A DNA stretch of 64,000 bases, taken from the NCBI GenBank assembly GCA_963773605.1, contig CAVZBT010000018.1:65071-129070 (forward strand), read 5' to 3'. The stretch is from an uncultured Acidobacteriota bacterium. Its GTDB lineage: Bacteria > Acidobacteriota > UBA6911. Below are positions 1 through 9,248 of this stretch, piece by piece; position 1 is the stretch's first letter, and every line of letters starts with the position of its first letter. Under the pieces are notes generated by a model. It made no database searches, had not been told where the DNA came from, and worked only from the letters and a program-made list of their open reading frames with translations. A program made the position numbers and the translations under genes.

Positions 1-36
1 ACCCACACAGCGGTACCGAGGCACCGCACTCCATAC
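1..36 (-). repeat. Partial inverted copy of the REP-like GC-rich palindromic element, cut by the window edge
   Basis: 'caccgcactccataca' at 21-36 matches the end of the minus-orientation copy at 2541-2556 ('gccgcactccataca'). It is head-to-head with the copy at 56-116. Confidence 0.4.
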
Positions 37-55
37 ATTGCCCGACTGTGCTGCT

Positions 56-116
56 TTGGAGTGCGGCGGCTCGACGCCGCTTTGGGGTCGGCGCCTGGGC
101 GCCGACCTTTCGCAGC
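56..116 (+). repeat. REP-like element, consensus TGGAGTGCGGCGGCTYGACGCCGCTTTGGG..GGCGCCTGGGCGCCG
   Basis: The near-identical sequence recurs at 2497-2553 (reverse complement) and 38942-39003. It contains two internal GC hairpins (GCGGCG..CGCCGC and CGGCGCC..GGCGCCG). Confidence 0.7.
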
Positions 117-249
117 CGCCGGATCGGTTGTGAGCCGCCCGACAGCGTCAGTTGGAGACGATGGGCGTCACTTCGATTCGGCGTTCTCGAGCAGGGCGAT
201 CGGCGCACCCATATGTCTAGGTCCCCGGTCGCATGCGGCACGCTGCTTT

Positions 250-852
250 GTGGATAGCGTGGACGAGATCCCGCCCGGCGGGGAGGAGCTGCCGCGCAAG
301 CGCAGGGAACGCCCGGACCCCACGATATTGGTTCCCCGCCTCCCCGAAGGTCCGGTCGGCTTGCAGGAGTACTGGGAGCACATGGCAGCCCGGGGGGATG
401 AACGGCTTTCCCGGGCTTTCGAAACGGCGGCGGCGAATGGCTGGCAGCTCGTCGTGAAGCATCGCGCCGGTTCGGTCGAAGCCGCCGTGGCCCGGATACG
501 CCGGAGGAATCTTTACGTGCGGTTCGCGATCCTGGGCGTGCTTGCGGTGAGCCTCGTCGCGCTGATGATCGGGGTGCGGCGGGCGCATCGGCTCGCCCGT
601 CAGCAGATGGAGTTCGTCGCCGGCATATCACACGAGCTGCGTACGCCGGTGACCGCGATCTGCTCGCTGTCGGAGAATCTTGCGGATGGAGTCGTGCAGC
701 CCACGGACAATATCAGGAAATACGGCCGGATGATTCTCGACCAGGGGCGGCGGCTGGGGACGCTTGTAGAACAGACCCTCGAATTCGCGGGGATAAGTTC
801 GGGCCAGAACACGCATCGTCTCGAACCCGTCGCAGTCAGGGCCGGGGTCTGA
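250..852 (+). pseudogene. Truncated sensor histidine kinase: TM segment plus HisKA H-box, no HATPase_c domain
   Basis: The ORF contains a TM helix (FAILGVLAVSLVALMIGV) followed by the H-box 'FVAGISHELRTPVTAICSLSENL'. The frame stops at 852, right after the dimerisation helix. No ATP-binding G1/G2 boxes follow in any frame before the next gene at 1032. The N-terminal part of the ORF runs through the REP-like repeat. Confidence 0.5.
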
Positions 853-1031
853 AAAAGGTGGACGGCTTCCTCGAGGAGTTGTTCGATTTCGAGCTATCCG
901 TGGCAGCCGCACCCGCGGGCCGGCACGGGCCGCCAATAAAACCGGAATCCTCTTTCGCGTACAAAGAGAGGCCCGATATACCGAACTCGCATTCGTGTTG
1001 GTACAATTGCCGGCACAAGTCAGGAGGGCAT

Positions 1032-2294
1032 ATGCCGAAGCGCGATTGGATGGTGGAGTTTCGCGACAATCTCTTGCACGGCATCCTGCAATTCTGGATT
1101 GACCATGGCATCGACCGCCAATACGGAGGCGCTATGGGCTGGCTCGACCGCCAAGGCAACCCGCTCTCTCCCGGAACCAAATCCGTGGCGCAGCAAGGGC
1201 GACTGTTGTGGACGTTCGCCGAAGTCTATCGGCGTCATCCCCAGCCCGTTTACGCGGAAGCTGCCGCACACCTTCTGAAGTTCCTGCGCGCCAGAATGTG
1301 GGACGCGAAGCACGGCGGCTACTACTGGCTGGTGGATCGCCAAGGTCAGTTGTGCGACGGCATGAAGCTTCTGAATCCGATGTCCTATGTGCTCGAGGGA
1401 CTGGCCGAGTATGCGCTGGCGTTCCATGACGCGCCAGCCCGCCAGGAAGCGCTGGACCTGTTTGAAGTCATGGACCGCCGCGCCCATGATGACGTGCACG
1501 GGGGCTACCACGTCGCCTTCACCGAGGACTGGCAACCGATCCTGGACTATCAAAGCGGTCCAGGCACCGCTGCCTCATCATGTGTCGCGCCGGACGAGGA
1601 AGTTCACCCGGTCCTGGTCGATTCATATGGCCGAAAGTCCTCGGACTGGCACCTCGGCATTCTCGAGGCATTGGCCACGCTCTACGACGTGACGGAGGAA
1701 GCCGATGTCCGCGCTCGCGTTGAGGAACTGGTGACTATCTTCGCGGAGAGAGTTGTCGATTTCGAGCAGGGCTATGCTCGATTGTATTTCACGGACGATT
1801 GGCAGCCCGCCGACCGGCACGGCGATTCGACCCGGTGTGTGTACGGCCTCGACATGGAGATGAGCTGGCTGCTGACAGAAGCCGCGGCGCTCGTGGGGCG
1901 CGGCCGGGAGCCGACTGTCGAGCGAGCTTGCCTGGCGTTGGTGGATCACGCTCTGCGCGACGGTTTTGACAACGAGCGCGGCGGGCTTTACCTGGAGGGA
2001 CCGGCCTCGGGCCCCGCTGACAGGATGCGCAAAGAATGGTGGCAACAGGCCGAGGCGCTTGTCGGGACTCTGAACGCCTACCAGTTGACGGGCCAGCCGA
2101 GATATTGGCGGGCGTTCGAGCGCGAGGCACAGTTCATCCTCGATGACTTCGTGGACCGTGAGTATGGTGAATGGTACGCGGCAATAGACCCCGACGGAAA
2201 AATCGACGGCACCAAGGCCGGCCCCTGGCGCGGCCCTTACCACGCTTCGCGGGCCTGCCTCGAAGTCGTTCGACGTCTGGCGCGCACGCTTTGA
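1032..2294 (+). CDS. N-acylglucosamine 2-epimerase (AGE) superfamily protein (cellobiose/mannose 2-epimerase-like)
   Basis: ATG at 1032 is preceded by AGGAGG (1023-1028). Family-typical motifs are present: 'FWIDHGIDRQYGG', 'SVAQQGRLLWTFAEVY', 'WWQQAEALVG', 'GPYHASRACLE'. Confidence 0.8.
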   Translation: MPKRDWMVEFRDNLLHGILQFWIDHGIDRQYGGAMGWLDRQGNPLSPGTKSVAQQGRLLWTFAEVYRRHPQPVYAEAAAHLLKFLRARMWDAKHGGYYWLVDRQGQLCDGMKLLNPMSYVLEGLAEYALAFHDAPARQEALDLFEVMDRRAHDDVHGGYHVAFTEDWQPILDYQSGPGTAASSCVAPDEEVHPVLVDSYGRKSSDWHLGILEALATLYDVTEEADVRARVEELVTIFAERVVDFEQGYARLYFTDDWQPADRHGDSTRCVYGLDMEMSWLLTEAAALVGRGREPTVERACLALVDHALRDGFDNERGGLYLEGPASGPADRMRKEWWQQAEALVGTLNAYQLTGQPRYWRAFEREAQFILDDFVDREYGEWYAAIDPDGKIDGTKAGPWRGPYHASRACLEVVRRLARTL

Positions 2295-2496
2295 AACCAA
2301 CCGCGAAAGATCTTGAAGAAGTCTTCAGGGGGTACTCATGGAGAGAGTGCCTCAACGACTTCGCCGCACGGTCGATCGACGTTCTTTCCTGAACCTCTTG
2401 TCCGCAGTTTTTTGACGTGCGCCCCGGGCCTGGACCCTCATGTCCGCGAGAACTTCGGCACCCTGGCATTCGAGAAGGCGATTCTCGTGAAATAGC

Positions 2497-2553
2497 CCAA
2501 AGTGCGGCGCCCAGGCGCCGCACCCAAAGCGGCGTCAAGCCGCCGCACTCCAT
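2497..2553 (-). repeat. REP-like element (reverse orientation)
   Basis: Its reverse complement reads 'tggagtgcggcggcttgacgccgctttgggtgcggcgcctgggcgccgcac', matching 56-116. It sits in the gap after the epimerase gene. Confidence 0.7.
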
Positions 2554-2664
2554 ACAAGCTGGTTGTGGCTCGAGTTATCTTTCAATGTAACATTAGAGGA
2601 CCGGCAGGCGATCGCACCCGCGTTCGGAGGTGGCTTCCAGCCCTATCATAAGGAGAACGGCCAT

Positions 2665-3138
2665 ATGCAGAAGATCAGCCCATTTTTGTGGTTCGACACT
2701 CAGGCAGAGGAAGCGGCGAATTTTTATGTCTCCATTTTCAGGAATTCAAAGATCCTGAAAATCGCCCGCTACGGAGAAGCAGGACCCGGCCCTCACGGTG
2801 GCGTGATGACGGTCGCCTTTGAGCTTGAGGGGCAGACCTTCATAGCGTTGAACGGTGGACCTCAGTTCAGATTTACCGAGGCCGTCTCTTTCTCTGTCGC
2901 CTGCGAGACACAGCAAGAAGTAGACGAGCTCTGGGAAAAGCTCTCCGCGGCCGGAGAACAAGGACCGTGCGGCTGGCTGAAAGACAAGTATGGATTGTCA
3001 TGGCAGATCAATCCAAGAATTTTGGGCGAAATGCTGAGCGATCCCGATCCTGTGAAATCGAAAAGGGTCATGGAAGCGATGCTTCAGATGAAAAAGATCG
3101 ACATTGCAGCGTTGAAGAAGGCCTACGACCAAAGATGA
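2665..3138 (+). CDS. VOC-superfamily protein, PhnB/YjdN-like (3-demethylubiquinone-9 3-methyltransferase-domain family)
   Basis: ATG at 2665 follows AGGAG (2651). The sequence '[25 protein letters not shown]...[13 protein letters not shown]' is typical of this family. Confidence 0.8.
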   Translation: MQKISPFLWFDTQAEEAANFYVSIFRNSKILKIARYGEAGPGPHGGVMTVAFELEGQTFIALNGGPQFRFTEAVSFSVACETQQEVDELWEKLSAAGEQGPCGWLKDKYGLSWQINPRILGEMLSDPDPVKSKRVMEAMLQMKKIDIAALKKAYDQR

Positions 3139-3247
3139 TTCAAAATGGATCCGGATTTCGTCAGGCAGCTACGTGATTGAGTTTTCGTTACCTGAGGCGG
3201 GGGTGCAATGGCTCCACTCGCGACTCAGGCTGGCCGCGCATCTGACA

Positions 3248-3814
3248 TCAAGTGTGCCTACCGGAACGAGGAGGTTCGGTACCCGGCCGCGTGTGATCCT
3301 TCCCCTTCGTGCGAGCGAACAGACGCAGGGCCAGTTTCTCAAGCTGGCTGACTCCCAGGCTAATCCATTTCTTCTGTTCTTTCTGTCGCTCGATGACTTC
3401 CGGTTCGATGAAGGCGTCGGTGAAGTCCGCGCCTCTTAAATCAGCGTCCCTGAGGTTGGCACCGATTAGGTTCGTCCCGCGCAATTTTGCATTGCGCAGG
3501 ATCGCGCCTCCCAAGTCAGCACCTTTGAGAATGGAATAGCTCAGGTCTGCTTCACTGAGATCGGCCTTCTGAAGACTCGTTGAACTGAGATCTGTGTGCT
3601 GCAGAGTCGCATGATGGAGGTTTGTCCGGCTGAGGTCAGCATGGCTGAGGTCCGTGTGGCTCAGGTCTGCGAAACTCAGGTTTACGTCCGGGAGTGCCAC
3701 ACCCAAAAGGTCAGGGAGGATATTCGGGTGCTCCATCCTCCAAAGATTCCACGGTGTCATGCTCATCGACGCAATTGCTGCTATCAGCGGTTGGATGTGC
3801 TCTTTACTGGCCAT
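3248..3814 (-). CDS. Pentapeptide-repeat protein
   Basis: A long run of A(D/N)LXX pentapeptides is present: 'ADLSHTDLSHADLSRTNLHHATLQHTDLSSTSLQKADLSEADLSYSILKGADLGGAILRNAKLRGTNLIGANLRDADLRGADF'. Confidence 0.85.
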   Translation of the reverse strand: MASKEHIQPLIAAIASMSMTPWNLWRMEHPNILPDLLGVALPDVNLSFADLSHTDLSHADLSRTNLHHATLQHTDLSSTSLQKADLSEADLSYSILKGADLGGAILRNAKLRGTNLIGANLRDADLRGADFTDAFIEPEVIERQKEQKKWISLGVSQLEKLALRLFARTKGKDHTRPGTEPPRSGRHT

Positions 3815-4019
3815 TTCAACGATCTCCTGACAGAGCCGACGCAGAAATCAGCCGCAGAGACAAACAATCCCGCCCAATTGGAGCAATTTGCTGGCCACAG
3901 CCCGAGGATGGCAGTTGCTTCTTGGGCGAGAAACGGTGTGAACTGCTCTCGTATCAATGACTTGGGATGACATAGAGGGGGTGGCCACTTTGGCGAGCCC
4001 GACGAGCAACCCAACCGGA

Positions 4020-4063
4020 AACCTGTAAAGCCCTCGTACACAACCTGTAAAGCCCTCCTACAC
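4020..4063. repeat. Perfect-but-one tandem 22-bp direct repeat (AACCTGTAAAGCCCTC[G/C]TACAC x2)
   Basis: Read directly from the sequence at 4020-4041 and 4042-4063. It lies in the 470-bp divergent intergenic region between the pentapeptide gene and the small membrane-protein gene. Confidence 0.8.
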
Positions 4064-4218
4064 CAGCATTTTCGAAAGGCCGCTTCAGTACTCCAGAGGT
4101 CTGAGGTATAGCGAATAGTAATTCTGCGCGTAAGACCGGCATTGTCACCCCTCCGTTTCGATTCCGTCACGGTGAGTAACTGATACCCTGGCCGGATTGC
4201 GCGCTCCGCCGTCGAGAG

Positions 4219-4250
4219 GTAAACTGCGATCACTCGGGTGCGCAGTTTAC
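4219..4250. promoter_or_regulatory. 10-bp perfect inverted repeat GTAAACTGCG-N12-CGCAGTTTAC (operator or 5'-leader hairpin candidate)
   Basis: Read directly from the sequence. It lies 36 nt upstream of the TTG start at 4286. Confidence 0.35.
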
Positions 4251-4285
4251 TCGCTGACACCGCAACACGGAAAGGAGCGCACGCA

Positions 4286-4618
4286 TTGTTCGACCCTATC
4301 CATAACCTGCTCCATCTGCTTTTAGACCCGTTCGAGAAGGCCCTGAACTCTTTGGGATTGGGCTTTCCTGAGGTGGTTACCATCCTGTTCATAGTTGGGG
4401 TACTGATTACCATTCCATGGGTCAACATATTCATGAGAGTGGGGTATAGCCCGTTGAAGGGATACCTCATGTTCATCCCTGTCCTGAACATTTTCGTGTT
4501 TTTCAAATTTGCCTTCGGCGAGGAGTGGCCGATCGAGCGCGAACTGCGGAACGTCGGCCGGCCTGTGCAAAATCACGAGCGCACTTCAGCACGCGGTTCG
4601 CGGCCGCCGCCCGCGTGA
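4286..4618 (+). CDS. Small membrane protein (DUF5684-like motif, family uncertain)
   Basis: TTG at 4286 lies 8 nt after GGAAAGGAG. There are two hydrophobic segments ('VVTILFIVGVLITIPWVNIF', 'GYLMFIPVLNIFVFFKFAF'). Confidence 0.5.
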   Translation: MFDPIHNLLHLLLDPFEKALNSLGLGFPEVVTILFIVGVLITIPWVNIFMRVGYSPLKGYLMFIPVLNIFVFFKFAFGEEWPIERELRNVGRPVQNHERTSARGSRPPPA

Positions 4619-4898
4619 CCTCATCTGCAAATCTGCAGGTTTTATCGTAATGTGGGGCCCCTACCCCGGCCCTTTCCGAACCTCGCGCAAGAAGCGTAGC
4701 GGGCCTGCCGCGCAGGCAAAGGAGGAAGAATCTGCCCGGGGGCCGGAAACCGCCCTCAGGCGGCTCTCGCGGCAAATTGGTTGTGAATCCAGACCCCCGG
4801 GGTCGATAATCGGCGCAACTCTCGTTAAGCTCTCGCGTTTGTTTCTTTTCCCGGATTGAGGGCGAACTGGTCCGAGACAATTGAAAAGGGAGGCTCAC

Positions 4899-5288
4899 AT
4901 GGCAGTCATGAACCTGTTCAAGACAACGACAGCTGCGGACTCCCCCCTGGACGCTTCAGGTGGCACTGACCCAAAGTCCGCGGTAAGTGATTTCTTGACG
5001 GTGCAAGCGCTTGCGAACTTTGCGGCGATGACCGGAGCAATTTCGGCAGCATGGCACGCGCTACAGAGGATAATTCCGTCGAGCTCAGCACTCTGGGTCC
5101 CTCTTGTGTTCGCCGTCGCATGGGGCATCGTTTCAATCCTGATTTCGTTCGAAGGGCTCAAGAAGGGATCAAAGAGAGAGCCCGGCACCATTGCCGGGGC
5201 AGTCTTTGTGGCCTTGATTAATTCGTTAGTCTTGGCTGGGGCCGTGATCGGAACAGATGTCGCCACGAGCCAAACTCCTCCCGCATAA
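4899..5288 (+). CDS. Hypothetical membrane protein
   Basis: ATG at 4899 follows GGGAGG. There are three predicted TM helices ('LANFAAMTGAISAAW', 'LWVPLVFAVAWGIVSILISF', 'IAGAVFVALINSLVLAGAVIG'). Confidence 0.55.
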   Translation: MAVMNLFKTTTAADSPLDASGGTDPKSAVSDFLTVQALANFAAMTGAISAAWHALQRIIPSSSALWVPLVFAVAWGIVSILISFEGLKKGSKREPGTIAGAVFVALINSLVLAGAVIGTDVATSQTPPA

Positions 5289-5296
5289 ACCCGGCC

Positions 5297-5839
5297 ATGA
5301 TGACCTATGTGGCGCTGCTGAGAGGCATCAATGTTGGCGGGTACAAGCAGGTCGCGATGGCAGACCTGCGCGATCTCCTTGCCCGCCTCGGCTTGCTCGA
5401 CCCACGGTCGCTGCTTCAGAGCGGTAACCTCGTTTTTCGAACGGACGCCAGATCTGGAGCGCAGCTGGAGCGCTCCCTGGAGGTGGAGGCGGCAAGGCGG
5501 CTCGCCCTTCAGACAGACTTTTTCGTCCGCTCCGCCGCGGAATGGAAGGCCGTGGTTGCTGCCAATCCGTTCCCCGAGGAGGCCGCACGCGATCCTGGTC
5601 ATCTCATCGCCATGTTTGTAAAGGATTCACCCCCGGCCGGGGATATCGACGCACTTCGGACAGCCATCACGGGTCCCGAGTTCGTTCAGGCCGGAGGAAG
5701 ACAGCTCTACATCCTTTACCCGGCCGGTATCGGACGCTCCCGTCTGACGAATGCGCTCATCGAAAAGAAGCTCAAGACACGATGCACAGGCCGCAATTGG
5801 AATACCGTTCTCAAACTGGGAAAGCTCATCGCTGATTGA
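5297..5839 (+). CDS. DUF1697 family protein
   Basis: The N-terminus 'MMTYVALLRGINVGGYKQVAMADLRDLLARLGL...LQSGNLVF' is the family signature. Confidence 0.8.
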   Translation: MMTYVALLRGINVGGYKQVAMADLRDLLARLGLLDPRSLLQSGNLVFRTDARSGAQLERSLEVEAARRLALQTDFFVRSAAEWKAVVAANPFPEEAARDPGHLIAMFVKDSPPAGDIDALRTAITGPEFVQAGGRQLYILYPAGIGRSRLTNALIEKKLKTRCTGRNWNTVLKLGKLIAD

Positions 5840-6020
5840 AGTCAGGCGGGCCACTCAGCGCGTCTCTTTGCCGTAACGGGCAGACCGAAATCCGTTCGCC
5901 GGTACGGACGAAATACTCCTCGACCCCGCTTTTTCAGCTCCGCGTGGAAGCCCGCTGCCGGGCCGAACTCGGGCTGGGGTGGAGCGTTCGGGGACTGCGG
6001 CTGCCGCCTCCCGGCTGGCC

Positions 6021-7247
6021 CTACGCCCCGTGCCGGGGTCGGTAGGCCTCGCAAAATCGCGCGATGCGCCGCATTGCTTCGGTGAGCTCGTCGACATGGG
6101 GCAGGAAGACGAGGCGCAGGTGGTCATGGTTCGGCCAGCTGAAGCCGGTGCCCTTGGTGACGAGAACCTTCTCCTGTTGGAGCAGCTCGAGGATGAACTG
6201 TTCGTCGTCGGCGATCGGATAGACCTTCGGGTCGAAGCGCGGAAAACAGTAGAGCGCCGCCCTGGGCTTCACGCAGCTGACCCCGGGGATCTCATTGAGC
6301 AGCTTCCAGGCGAGGTCGCGCTGCCGTGTCAGCCGCCCGTCCGGTGCGACGAGATCGTTGACGCTCTGATAGCCCCCCAGCGCGGTCTGGATCCCGTACT
6401 GTGCCGGCACATTTGCGCACAGGCGCATGGTGGAAAGGATGTTCAACCCCTCGATATAGTCCTGCGCGTGCTTTTTCTGGCCGGAAACAATCATCCACCC
6501 CGCGCGGAAGCCGCAGCTGCGGTAGTTCTTCGAGAGGCCGTTGAGGGTGATGAACAGGACATCCTCCGCCAGCGAGGCGATCGAGACGTGCCGGGCGCCG
6601 TCGTAGAGCACCTTGTCATAGATCTCGTCGGCGTAGACGATGAGTTCGTTCTGCCGCGCGATCTCGACGATCTCCAGGAGCAGCTCGGGCGGGTAGAGGG
6701 CGCCGGTCGGGTTGTTGGGGTTGATGATCACGATGGCGCGCGTGTTCAGCTTTACCTTCGCGCGGATGTCGGCTAGGTCGGGGAGCCAGTCGGACTGCTC
6801 GTCGCAGATGTAGTGGCGAGGCGTGCCGCCAGCGAGGCTCACCGCCGCGGTCCAGAGCGGGTAGTCCGGGGCCGGGATGAGGACTTCGTCCCCATTGTTG
6901 AGCAGCCCCTGCATCGCCATGACGATGAGCTCAGAGGCGCCGTTGCCGATGTAGATGTCGTCGACCTGCACGCCGGCGATCCTCTTCTCCTGCGTGTAGT
7001 GCATCACCGCCTTGCGCGCCGGGAAGATCCCCTTGGAGTCGGAGTAGCCCGAGGCCGCGGGCAGGTTGTGAATGATGTCCTGTACGATTTCCTCGGGGGA
7101 CTCGAACCCGAAGGGCGCCAGATTCCCGATGTTCAGCTTCACGATGCGGTGCCCCTCCTCCTCCATCTGCCGCGCGCGGTCCATGACAGGGCCGCGGATG
7201 TCGTAGCAGACGTTGGCGAGCTTAACGGACTTCAGGATCGGCTGCAC
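6021..7247 (-). CDS. alaA: Glutamate-pyruvate (alanine) aminotransferase, AlaA-type class I PLP aminotransferase
   Basis: The product is collinear with E. coli AlaA as I recall it: 'KLANVCYDIRGPV', 'LNIGNLAPFGF', 'IYIGNGASELI', 'PDYPLWTAAVSL', 'NPNNPTGA', 'LSKNYRSCGFRAGW', 'MRLCANVPAQ'. I prefer the GTG at 7247 (AGGGAGG 8 nt upstream, aligns to the AlaA N-terminus) over the ORF-track start at 7301. Confidence 0.9.
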   Translation of the reverse strand: MQPILKSVKLANVCYDIRGPVMDRARQMEEEGHRIVKLNIGNLAPFGFESPEEIVQDIIHNLPAASGYSDSKGIFPARKAVMHYTQEKRIAGVQVDDIYIGNGASELIVMAMQGLLNNGDEVLIPAPDYPLWTAAVSLAGGTPRHYICDEQSDWLPDLADIRAKVKLNTRAIVIINPNNPTGALYPPELLLEIVEIARQNELIVYADEIYDKVLYDGARHVSIASLAEDVLFITLNGLSKNYRSCGFRAGWMIVSGQKKHAQDYIEGLNILSTMRLCANVPAQYGIQTALGGYQSVNDLVAPDGRLTRQRDLAWKLLNEIPGVSCVKPRAALYCFPRFDPKVYPIADDEQFILELLQQEKVLVTKGTGFSWPNHDHLRLVFLPHVDELTEAMRRIARFCEAYRPRHGA

Positions 7248-7597
7248 CTTCAGTTCCTCCCTGATCGTCAGGCTGGCTCCTCTCAGAAGCAGCTTTCCCA
7301 CACTGCATGGGGATTAACACGAGACAGGTGAGTGGCGGACTGCCTACCCGCCTGAGCCTGCTTCAAGGGAAATGCGGAGCGGCAGTATCCTACAACGGAA
7401 ACGGGCAGGGGAGGAGAGGATTTCGTCTTTTAACGTGAAACGACGGTTGAGAGCCAAAGACAAGGGCCGCCCCGAAGGGCGGTCACGCACGTGCAGGATG
7501 TCCAGCCGCAAACAAGTGGCACTCAGGAACCTCAGGGCCGGCTTCATCGCGGCAAACCGATCCGAATAGGGCAAGGGACTTGACACCGCACTTCTAG

Positions 7598-7735
7598 GTT
7601 AATTCAGTACGGCGCTCGGATAGCCTACGGATCAGCGATGCGGAACGGCTGGCCCGGTTTCAGCGCGAAGCCGAAGTCCTCGCGTCGCTGAACCAGCCCA
7701 TAGCCACAGCGTGCGGGCTATGCCATAACCGATGA
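7598..7735 (+). pseudogene. About 45-codon relic of a Ser/Thr protein kinase (subdomain III-IV region only)
   Basis: An isolated frame reads 'SDAERLARFQREAEVLASLNQPIATACGL', which is the Hanks-kinase motif 'ERFxREAxxLAxLNHPNIaxxyg'. It is bounded by stops at 7595 and 7733, with no other kinase subdomains nearby. Confidence 0.5.
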
Positions 7736-7976
7736 AGCGGGCTTATTCGCGTTCCAGGCACGCTACTGAGGCCATCGACAAGCCCTATCAATGGCCCTTC
7801 ACGACCTGCACAATGCCGTCGTGACAGTAGCGGCCGATGGGGCGGTCGCAGCGGCAGCGTTAATCAGGGAATAGTCACCGTAAATTATGAAATGCGACTA
7901 AGGAGGCGCACATTTTCGGACGATGAGTATGATGGCGGGCAAATCCGCTGTCACGAAACAGGTCTGAATAAGTCTC

Positions 7977-8900
7977 ATGAGCAGTCCAACAGGTATTGTC
8001 AGTCTCAAATCGAAATTGAAAGTCGACTATAATTCCGACCTGCCGACCATCCCCGCGATGATGGTCCGCATCATACAGATATTGGATGACGAAAAAGCCA
8101 CGGCAGGGCAGATGGAGGAGCTTATACTCCATGATCAGTCCCTCTCGGCCCGGCTACTGAAGTTTGCGAATTCTCCCTTGTATTGCTTCCGTTCCGAGGT
8201 GAAATCCATAGCGCATGCAATCACGCTGCTCGGTCTGAACCTTGTAAAGGGTATGGCGATCGGAATGAGCATTTTCGACACCTTTCGGCGGGGCGCGAAG
8301 TACGAAGCCGCACACATCAACGGCCTGTGGATGCATTCGTACGGCGTGGCCATGCTGTCGCAGGAAATCTGGAAGAAGAGGGCTACCCGGAAGGAATCGG
8401 ACTTCGCGTTTCTCTGCGGCCTGTTGCACGACCTGGGAAAGGTGGTGTATTTCAAAAAGGAGCCGATGCACTACAGCCTGCTTTTCGCCCAGGAGAGGAA
8501 CGAACGGGATCCTGACCTATCGGCGCTCGAGCAGGAGTATTACGGAATCAGCCACGCTCCCCTGGGAGCGGCCCTGGCCGAGCGCTGGGGATTCCCGTCC
8601 GCCCTGTCTGCCGTAGTCCGGAAGCACCACTCGGCCGCGGACCCGAGTGTCCCTATTGCTGCCGCCGTCTCCATCGCCGACAACATTGCGCGGCTGTCCG
8701 GTGTGGGATATGACGGCGATCGGCGCCCCAACCAGGATGAGCGCAATGTGCTAGAGCTGTTGCGGATGGGGGATGAGGAGTACCAGCGGTTGAAATCCTA
8801 CGCAGAGTCCAAACGGAAGGAGATCGAGGATTTCTTTCAATTCGCCGGGCCCCTCCAGTCGCCGGCCGCCCCCGCCCTCACGCGATTCAAACGCGCCTGA
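7977..8900 (+). CDS. HDOD domain-containing signalling protein
   Basis: HDOD-typical sequences are present: 'LPTIPAMMVRIIQILDDEKATAGQMEELILHDQSLSARLLKFANSPLY' and 'LCGLLHDLGKVV'. Confidence 0.8.
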   Translation: MSSPTGIVSLKSKLKVDYNSDLPTIPAMMVRIIQILDDEKATAGQMEELILHDQSLSARLLKFANSPLYCFRSEVKSIAHAITLLGLNLVKGMAIGMSIFDTFRRGAKYEAAHINGLWMHSYGVAMLSQEIWKKRATRKESDFAFLCGLLHDLGKVVYFKKEPMHYSLLFAQERNERDPDLSALEQEYYGISHAPLGAALAERWGFPSALSAVVRKHHSAADPSVPIAAAVSIADNIARLSGVGYDGDRRPNQDERNVLELLRMGDEEYQRLKSYAESKRKEIEDFFQFAGPLQSPAAPALTRFKRA

Positions 8901-9248
8901 CAGAGCAGCAAAGCACGCATTCAGATATGCCCCGAGGTCATGCGGGAGTATTCCGCGTCGGCAAGGGAGGCTGGTAATGCAAGCGCAGTGCTGGCCCCAA
9001 CGTTGTTTCGTTGGTTACCTGGACGAGCGTTTCCGCCAAAGATGCAGTCGCGCCGACAGGCAGATTGAGCTCCGCCGGGAGGGCGTCGTTCCAGACGACC
9101 TCATGACCTCAAGCCAAAATCTCGGCCGCCAGGCCGCATGAATCGATTTCGCCTGCACTGGGCAGCTTCAGGTAGGTGCCTCAATGAGGCGCTGTGGACC
9201 ATGCAGGGTTCGCGAACCAAGAACGGCCCGTCCCAGTTGTTCCATTGA

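Noticed and set aside
3784-4506. 240-aa minus-strand ORF spanning the pentapeptide/small-membrane-protein intergenic region
   Set aside because: It has no motifs and atypical composition. It overlaps the better-supported plus-strand gene at 4286-4618 and runs through the tandem and inverted repeats.
5979-6776. Long antisense 'shadow' ORFs opposite real genes. Others: 9746-10741, 22730-23704, 24474-25496, 30340-31677, 30647-32314, 35147-36511, 47253-48947, 49573-50322, 50804-52420, 54472-55428, 28707-29762
   Set aside because: These are typical of GC-rich DNA. Their products are Arg/Gly/Pro/Ala-rich with no motifs. Each lies fully inside a gene on the other strand that has clear family signatures.
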